A DNA stretch of 64,000 nucleotides from the human T2T-CHM13v2.0 reference genome, Homo sapiens: assembly GCF_009914755.1 (NCBI RefSeq), contig NC_060930.1; one strand, 5' to 3'. Of the stretch, positions 56,056 to 64,000 are shown piece by piece; the first letter of the stretch is position 1; each line of letters begins with the position of its first letter. The notes beneath the pieces are model-generated. The model was not told the DNA's origin. It ran no database searches and worked only from the letters and a program-made list of their open reading frames with translations. A program made the position numbers and the translations under genes.

Positions 56056-56895
56056 TGTGAGTGAAAAAACACAAATCGTTTTTCCTCTGTTCTCACAGCA
56101 CAAAAGCCAACACAGAAGACTTCTGTGACCCAACGTGTAGGGGTGTTTCCCCATACACCAAGCAGGAAATCAATTCTGCCATAGACACCAGCTGGGTGTC
56201 CTCAACTTCCATTCCATTCTGACACCATCTACCAGCAGATAATGTCAGATCCCACAGGCTGAGGGCTCAGTCCCCCAGGCTCTCCCCACCACCTTCAGAT
56301 GCCAACTGCAAGTGCCAGGCTGTCTTACCTGTGCCTCTGACCAACTGGCCATAAATCCGGGATTCCAGGGTCTCCTCCTTGGGTTCAATTAATTTGCCAG
56401 AGCAGCTCACAGAACTCAGGGAAATGCTTACTTACATTTCCCAGTTTATTATAAAGGCTATTACAAAGGTTACAGATGAAGAGGTGCCTAGAGTGAGGTA
56501 TGGGCAAGGGGTCCATGCCCTCCCAGGACATGCCCCACCCCCAGTAGCCTCTATATGTTCCGTTACCTAAAGGTCTCCAAACCTGGTCCTTTTGGGTTAG
56601 TTTTTTATGGAGGCTTCATTTTGTAGGCCTGATTAATTAAATCATTGGCCACTGGTGATCAACTTAACCTTCAGGCCCTCTCCTCTCCAGGGAGGTTAGG
56701 GGATGGGGCTGAAAGTCCCAACCCTCTAATCATGCCTTGTTCTTTCCAGTGACCAGCCCCATCCTGAAGCTACCTAGGGGCTGCCAGCCACCAGCTGATT
56801 CATTAGCATAAAAAAGACATCACTTTGGAGATTTTAAGAATTTTAGGAGTTGTATGCCAAAAAACGAGGTTGAACATATACTTCACAATATCACA
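56056..56895 (-). mobile_element. MER21-type solo LTR
   Basis: TG...CA ends; the right end reads tgtgatattgtgaa on -, the recalled MER21 start; internal cagctcacagaactcagggaaa. Confidence 0.75.
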
Positions 56896-57326
56896 GTGAC
56901 CTTGGAGAAATGAAGCTGAAAACAGCATAGGCTGAGGCCATCCATGGTGGGGAAAGCCCAGGCTAAGTATGGGAAGAGGGAGTGAGGACAGAGGCTGAGC
57001 GGCTCTGGAGCTGAGTCAACAAACGAGCTACTAAAAATGACCAGAGATTAATGCAAGAATCAGAATCTGTGTCACAATCTCAGATCTGGCTGAAAGGCCT
57101 CGTTGGGGAAGCAGGACGAAGAGGCTAGGATGTATATGTCAGAGGTGGGTTACAAGGAGACCTCTGCCCTGCAGGGCTGACTCAGAAAAACCTAGGTTGC
57201 TGCTACTCTGAGCCCAGCCTGAGACAGAAATTTCCACTGTAGCTACCTGCAGTTGTAAATTTAGCTTACCGATCCAGAACTAGTCCTCAGTGACATTGTA
57301 AGGGTGGTTACATCTCCTTTTTGTTC

Positions 57327-58050
57327 TGTGAAAGGAAAATAAAAATCTCTGGGCCCCAAACTCATTAAGTCAAAGGGAAAAGCTTGGGAACTGAGTCATG
57401 CAAAGACTGCCTTCCTTTTGTTCCTAAGTAGATAGCTACAAAGATAAAAGGCCACAAACCTCCCTAGGGGACCTTCCACATGATTTGCCCATCAGGAAAT
57501 TCCTTGTAGGTCCCTAGATCTTTAGCCTATAACAGTTCTGTTGAATTTCACCCTGACAATGTAAATTCACAGCTCATCTTCATAGGTAAAGGACAAAGAC
57601 AGGACTAGATCCTCCCTCCACTCACTAGAGACAAATGCACGTTTGGCTGCTTCCTGTACCCTGTGATTACTTTATCTAATGTAAAACTGCAGATTCACTG
57701 AGACAAATGCATAATGGACTGGCCTTCTACCTCCTCCTTTCACATGTAAAATGTGCATTCAGTGAAAGCTGATCAAAGTCTCAAAAGAATGCAACTGCTC
57801 TCCTTTTATCTACCCGCCCATTTTTTCTTTCCTCTTTCCCCCACTGCCACTCTTTCTCCATTAAATATTGACATCTCCAGACCCTTTTTGGAAAAAGCGC
57901 AGATCACAGATGTTCCCATGGTTTTGTGTTCTTTATTCCCCCTGAGTACGTCTTCAACCTTGGCAAAATAAACCTGAGTGCGTCTTCAACCTTGGCAAAT
58001 AAACCTCTAAAATGATTGAGACTCACCTTGGTCATTTTCTTTGATTTAGA
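57327..58050 (+). mobile_element. MER4-family (ERV1) solo LTR with 4-bp TSD gttc
   Basis: Starts tgtgaaaggaaaataaa..tct..gggccccaaa; gttc at 57323-57326 and 58051-58054. Confidence 0.75.
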
Positions 58051-58133
58051 GTTCTTTTATACCTCTCATTATCCTCCCACCATTTTGGGCAAGCAGGCTC
58101 CACCGCCTTAAATTCTGTACTCTAAGGACATAT

Positions 58134-58518
<385 letters not shown>

Positions 58519-59555
58519 TTCCTCTTAAAGAAGTGGCTGGAGCTGAAGGCATAGTCAGGGTACATGTACCTTTTTCTCTATCAGACCTCACAGATCAGTC
58601 AGCGTTTAGGCTGTTTCTCATCAGACCCCACTAAACATATACAGGAATTCCGATATCTAACTCTGTCCTACAATTTAACCTGGAGTGACCTAAATGTCAT
58701 CCTGACTTCTACCCTCTCCCCAGATGAAAGGGAAAGAGTTTTTTCTCTAGTCCACTCTCACGCTGATAACCACCGGCTTCATGAGCCAGACCTCCAGGAA
58801 GGCATCAGAGCAGTTCCCCAAGAGGATCCCCAATGGAACTATCAGGCAGATTCCCCAGGTATAGCTAGGCGAGATTACATGATTTCCTGCCTAGTTGAAG
58901 GGCTTAAAAAGGCAGCTTACAAAGCTGTTAATTATGACAAGCTTAAAGAAACTACCCAAGGTAAAGATGAAAACCCAGCCCAGTTCATGGCCTGCTTTGT
59001 AGCAACCCTTACACACTTTACCGCCCTAGACCCAGAAGGGCCAGAAGGCCGCCTTATTCTTAATATGCATTTTATCACCCAATCCGCTCCTGACATTAGG
59101 AAAAAACTTCAAAAATTAGAATCTGGCCCTCAAACCCCACAACAGGAATTAATCAACCTTGCCTTCAAGGTGTACAATAATAGAGAGGAGGCAGCCAGAT
59201 GGCAACGCATTTCTGAGTTACAATTACTTGCCTCTGCCGTGAGACAAAACCCAGCCACACCTCCAGCACACAAGAACTTCAAAATGCCTAAGCCGCACAC
59301 ACCTAAGCCACAGCAGTCAAGCATTCTTACAAGACTTCCTCCATCAGGATCTTGTTTCAAGTGCCAGAAATCTGGCCACTAGGCCAAGGAATGCCCACAG
59401 CCCAGGATTGCTCCCAAGCCATCTGTGCAGGGACCCACTGGAAATCAGACTGCCCAGCTCATCCAGCAGCTACTCCTAGAGCCCCTGAAGCTCTAGCCCA
59501 AGGCTCTCTGACTGACTCCTTCCTAGATCTGCTCGGCTTAGCAGCTGAAGATTGA
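58519..59555 (+). pseudogene. HERV-H gag remnant (capsid and nucleocapsid)
   Basis: 272-aa ORF with MHR-like QGKDENPAQF; zinc knuckle CFKCQKSGH*AKEC; second knuckle remnant CAGTHWKSDC; ends LLGLAAED*. Confidence 0.88.
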
Positions 59556-61799
59556 CGCTGCCTGATCGCCTCGGGAGCCCCCGGACCATCACGGATGCCA
59601 AGCTTCAGATGACTCTCACGGTGGAGGGTAAGTCCATCCCCTGTTTAATCGATACGGGGGCTACCCACTCCACATTACCTTCTTTTCAAGGGACTGTTTC
59701 CCTTGCCCCCATAACTGTTGTGGGTATTGACGGCCAAGCTTCAAAATCCCTTAAAACTCCCCCACTCTGGTGCCAACTTGGACAACACTCTTTTATGCAC
59801 TCTTTTTTAGTTATCCCCACCTGCCCAGTTCCCTTATTAGGCCGAGATATTTTAACCAAATTATCTGCTTTCCTGACTATTCCTGGACTACAGCTGCATC
59901 TCATTGCCACCCTTCTTCCCAACCCAAAGCCTCCTTTGCGTCTTCCTCTCGTATCCCCCGACCTTAACCCACAAGTATAGGACATCTCTACTCCCTCCCT
60001 GGCAACCAATCACATGACCATCACCATCCTAGTAAAACCTAATCACCGTTACCCTGCTCAACACCAATATCCCATCCCACAGCACTTTTTAAAAGGATTA
60101 AAGCCTATTATCACTCGCCTGTTACAGTATGGGCTTCTAAAACCTACAAACTCTCCTTACAATTCCCCCATTTTACCTGTCCAAAAACCGGACAAGTCTT
60201 ACAGATTAGTTCAGGATCTGCGCCTCATCAATCAAATTGTTTTGCCATCCATCCTGTGGTGCCCAACCCGTACACTCTTTCGTTCTCAATACCTTCCTCC
60301 ACAACTCACTATTCCGTTCTTGATCTTAAAGATGCTTTTTTCACTATTCCCCTGCACCCCTCGTCCCAGCCTCTCTTTGCTTTCACCTGGACTGACCCTG
60401 GCACCCATCAGTCCCAGCAGCTTACCTGGGCTGTGCTGCCGCAAGGTTTCAGGGACAGCCTTCATTACTTCAGCCAAGCTGTTTCTCATGATTTACTTTC
60501 TTTCCACTCCCCCGCTTCTCACCTTATTCAATATATTGATGACCTTCTTCTTTGTAGCCCCTCCTTTGAATCTTCTCAACAAGACACCCTTCTGCTCCTT
60601 CAGCATTTATTCTCCAAAGGATATCTGGTATCCCCCTCCAAAGCTCGAATTTCTTCTCCATCTGTTACCTACCTTGGCATAATTCTTCATAAAAACACAC
60701 TGCTCTCCCTGCCAATCATGTCCTACTGATCTCTCAAACCCCAACCCCTTCTACAAAACAGCAACTCCTTTCCTTCCTAGGCATGGTTGGATACTTTCAA
60801 CTTTGGATACCTGGTTTTGCCATCCTAACAAAACCATTATATAAACTCACAAAAGGAAACCTAGTTGACCCCATAGATCTTAAATCCTTTTCCCACTCCT
60901 CTTTCCGTTCCTTGAAGACAGCTTTAGAGACTGCCCCCACTCTAGCTCTCCCTGACTCATCCCAACCCTTTTCATTACACACAGCCTAAGTGCAGGGCTG
61001 TGCAGTCGGAATTCTTACACAAGGACTGGGATCACGTCCTGCAGCCTTTTTGTCCAAACAACTTGACCTCAATGTTTTAGGCTGGCCATCATGTCTCCGT
61101 GCAGCGGCTCCTGCTGCCCTAATACTTTTAGAGGCCCTCAAAATCACAAACTATGCTCAACTCACTCTCTACAGCTCTCATAACTTCCAAAATCTATTTT
61201 CTTCCTCACACCTGACCATATACTTTCTGCTCCCCAGCTCCTTCAGCTATACTCACTCTGTTGAGTCTCCCACAGTTACCATTGTTCCTAGCCTGGACTT
61301 CAATCCGGCCTCCAACATTATTCCAGATACCACACCTGACCCTCATGACTGCCTCTCTGATCCACCTGACATTCACCCCATTTCCCCATATTTCCTTCTT
61401 CCCTGTTCCTCACCCTGATCACATTTGGTTTATTGATGGCGGTTCCACCAGGCCTAATCGCCACTCACCAGCAAAGGCAGGCTATGCAATAGTATCTTCC
61501 ACATCTATCATTGAGGCTACCGCTCTGCCCCCCTCCACTACCTCTCAGCAAGCCGAACTAGTTGCCTTAACTCGGGCCCTCACTCTTGCAAAGGGACTAC
61601 GCATTAATATTTATACTGACTCTAAATATGCCTTCCATATTCTGCACCACCATGCAGTTATATGGGCTGAAAGAGGTTTTCTCACTACGCAAGGTCCTGC
61701 ATCATTAATGCCTCTTTAATAAAAACTCTGCTCATGGCCGCTTTACTTCCAAAGGAAGCTGGAGTCATTCACTGCAAGGGGCATCAAAAGGCGTCCGAT
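59556..61799 (+). pseudogene. HERV-H pro-pol remnant (protease, RT, RNase H), with frameshifts and stops
   Basis: LIDTGATHS and LLGRD (protease); LDLKDAFF, LPQGF, YIDDLL (RT); FIDG, SQQAELVAL, IYTDSKYA, IHCKGHQ (RNase H). Confidence 0.92.
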
Positions 61800-63164
61800 T
61801 GAGAGGTGACAGCGTGCTGGCAGTCCTTACAGCCCTCGCTCGCTCTGGGCGCCTCCTCTGCCTGGGCTCCCACTTTGGCGGCACTTGAGGAGCCCTTCAG
61901 CCCGCCGCTGCACTGTGGGAGCCCCTTTGTGGGCTGGCCAAGGCCAGAGCTGGCTCCGTCAGCTTGCGGGGAGGTGTGGAGTGAGAGGCGCGAGCGGGAA
62001 CCGGGGCTGTAGGCGGCGCTTGCGGGCCAGCTAGAGTTCCAGGTGGGCGTGGGCTTGGTGGGCCCCGCACTCGGAGCAGCCAGCCGGCCCTGCCGGCCCC
62101 AGGCAATGAGGGGCTTAGCACCAGGGCCAGCGGCTGCAGAGGGTGTACTGGGTCCCCCAGCAGTGCCAACCCACCGGCGCTATGCTCGATTTCTCACCGG
62201 GCCTTAGCTACCTCCCCGCGGGGCAGGGCTGTACCTGCAGCCCACCATGCCTGAGCCTCCCACCCTCTCCATGGGCTCCTGCGCGGCCCCAGCCTCCCCG
62301 ATGAGCGCCGCCCCCTGCTCCACAGCACCCAGTCCCATCAACCACCCAAGGGCTGAGGAGTGCGGGCGCAGGGCGTGGGACTGGCAGGCAGCTCCACCTG
62401 CAGCCCCGGTACAGGATCCACTGGGTGAAGCCAGCTAGGCTCCTGAGTCTGGTGGGGACGTGGAGAACCTTTATGTCTAGCCCAGGGATTGCAAATACAC
62501 CAATCGGCACTCTGTATCTAGCCCAAGGTTTGTAAACACACCAATCAGCACCCTGTGTCTAGCTCACGGTTTGTGAATGCACCAATCAACACTGTATCTA
62601 GCTACTCTGGTGGGGCCTTGGAGAACCTTTGTGTCGACACTCTGTATCTAGTTAATCTGGTGGGGACGTGGAGAACCTTTGTCTAGCTCAGGGATTGTAA
62701 ACGCACCAATCAGCACCCTGTCAAAACAGACCACTAGGCTCTACCAATCAGCAGGATGTGGGTGGGGCCAGATAAGAGAATAAAAGCAGGCTGCCTGAGC
62801 CAGCAGTGGTAACCCACGACAGTTCTCTTCCACGCCGTGGAAGCTTTATTTTTTCGCTCTTTGGGTCCACACTGTTTTTATTGAGCTGTAACACCATGAA
62901 GGTTTGTAGCTTCACTTAAGCCAGCGTAGACCATGAGCCCCCTGGGAGGAACAAACAACTCTGGATGCGCTGCCTTGAAGAGTTCTTAACACTCACTGTG
63001 AAGGTCTGCAGCTTCACTCCTGAGCTAGTGAGACGACGAACACATCCGTAACAGCAGAAACAAACTCTGGATGCACCACCTTAAGAGCTGTACCACTCAC
63101 TTCGAGGGTCTGTGGCTTCATTCTTGAAGTCAGTGAGACCAAGAATCCACCAATTCCAGACACA
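61800..63164 (+). mobile_element. Solo LTR12 (LTR12C-like, HERV9) inserted in HERV-H RNase H
   Basis: Starts tgagaggtgacagcgtgctggcagtcc, ends ccaccaattccagacaca; GC-rich U3; CCAAT repeats; gataagagaataaaagc promoter core. Confidence 0.92.
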
Positions 63165-64000
63165 TAGATCCTATTGCTCTAGGCAACGCTTATGCTGATG
63201 AGGTGGCTAGACAAGCAGCTAGCATTCCAACTTCTGTCTGTCATGGCCAGTTTTTCCCCCTACACGTTGGTCACTCCCACTTACTCCCCCGCTGAAACTT
63301 CCACCATATCAATCTCTTCCCACACAAGGCAAATGGTTCTTAGGCCAAGGAAAATATCTCCTTCCAGCCTTACAGGCCCATTCTATTCTGTCATCATTTC
63401 ATAACCTTCCATGTAGGTTACAAGCCGCTAGCCCGTCTCTCAGAACCTCTCGTTTCCTTTCCATCATGGAAATCTATCCTCAAGGAAATAACTTCTCAGT
63501 GTTCTATCTGCTATTCTACTCAGGGATTGTTCAGGCCCCCTCCCTTCCCTACACATCAAGCTCGGGGATTTGCCCCTGCCCAGGACTGGCAAATTGACTT
63601 TACTCACATACCCTGAGTCAGAAAACTAAAATACCTCTTGGTCTGGGTAGACACTTTCACTGGATGGGTAGAAGCCTTTCCCACAGGGTCTGAGAAGGCC
63701 ACCGCGGTCATTTCTTCCCTTCTGTCAGACATAATTCCTCGGTTTGGCCTTCCCACCTCTATACAGTCTGATAACGGACCAGCCTTTATTAGTCAAATCA
63801 CCCAAGCAGGTTTTCAGGCTCTTAGTATTCAGTGAAACCTTCGTATCCGTCACCGTCCTCAATCTTCAGGAAAGGTAGAACAGACTAATGGTCTTTTAAA
63901 AACAGAACTCACCAAGCTCAGCCACCAACTTAAAAAGGACTGGACAATACTTTCACCACTTTCCCTTCTCAGAAGTCAGACCTGTCCTCGGAATGCTACA
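63165..64000 (+). pseudogene. HERV-H RNase H end and integrase remnant (runs off the window)
   Basis: DPIALGNAYAD resumes RNase H; CSIC; [36 protein letters not shown] (DDE triad). Confidence 0.92.

Noticed and set aside
58564-59382. 272-aa gag ORF as a domesticated gene
   Set aside because: It starts out of the natural gag frame after a deletion, ends at a premature stop inside the zinc knuckle, and the LTR core promoter is missing.

Overview
Human-type (primate) genomic DNA. From the encoded proteins I recognise it as the RIPK1-BPHL-TUBB2A region of 6p25. It contains: (i) the last two exons of RIPK1 (+; RHIM and death domain) and its ~1.85 kb 3'UTR; (ii) the complete 7-exon BPHL gene (+; 291-aa alpha/beta-hydrolase valacyclovirase, 876-nt CDS rebuilt from GT-AG junctions), plus an alternative coding exon with a different N-terminus; (iii) the complete 4-exon TUBB2A gene (-; 445 aa), tail-to-tail with BPHL; (iv) many Alu, L1, MIR and MER elements, a ~1.07 kb 18-bp minisatellite in BPHL intron 6 and an orphan CpG island; (v) an LTR cluster ending in a defective HERV-H provirus that runs off the window. 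The provirus sits inside an Alu, has lost its TATA/R/U5/PBS, and carries a co-oriented solo LTR12 that appears to have lost its own poly(A) signal. The most interesting observations are this retroviral 'promoter swap', a 53-bp direct repeat bracketing both BPHL first coding exons, a MER5-derived exon that would swap BPHL's mitochondrial presequence, the stop-free minisatellite, and the near-touching BPHL/TUBB2A poly(A) sites. Repeat family names come from recalled consensus sequences, not a database search, and repeat boundaries are approximate. I cannot claim a new biological system: the findings are testable hypotheses.
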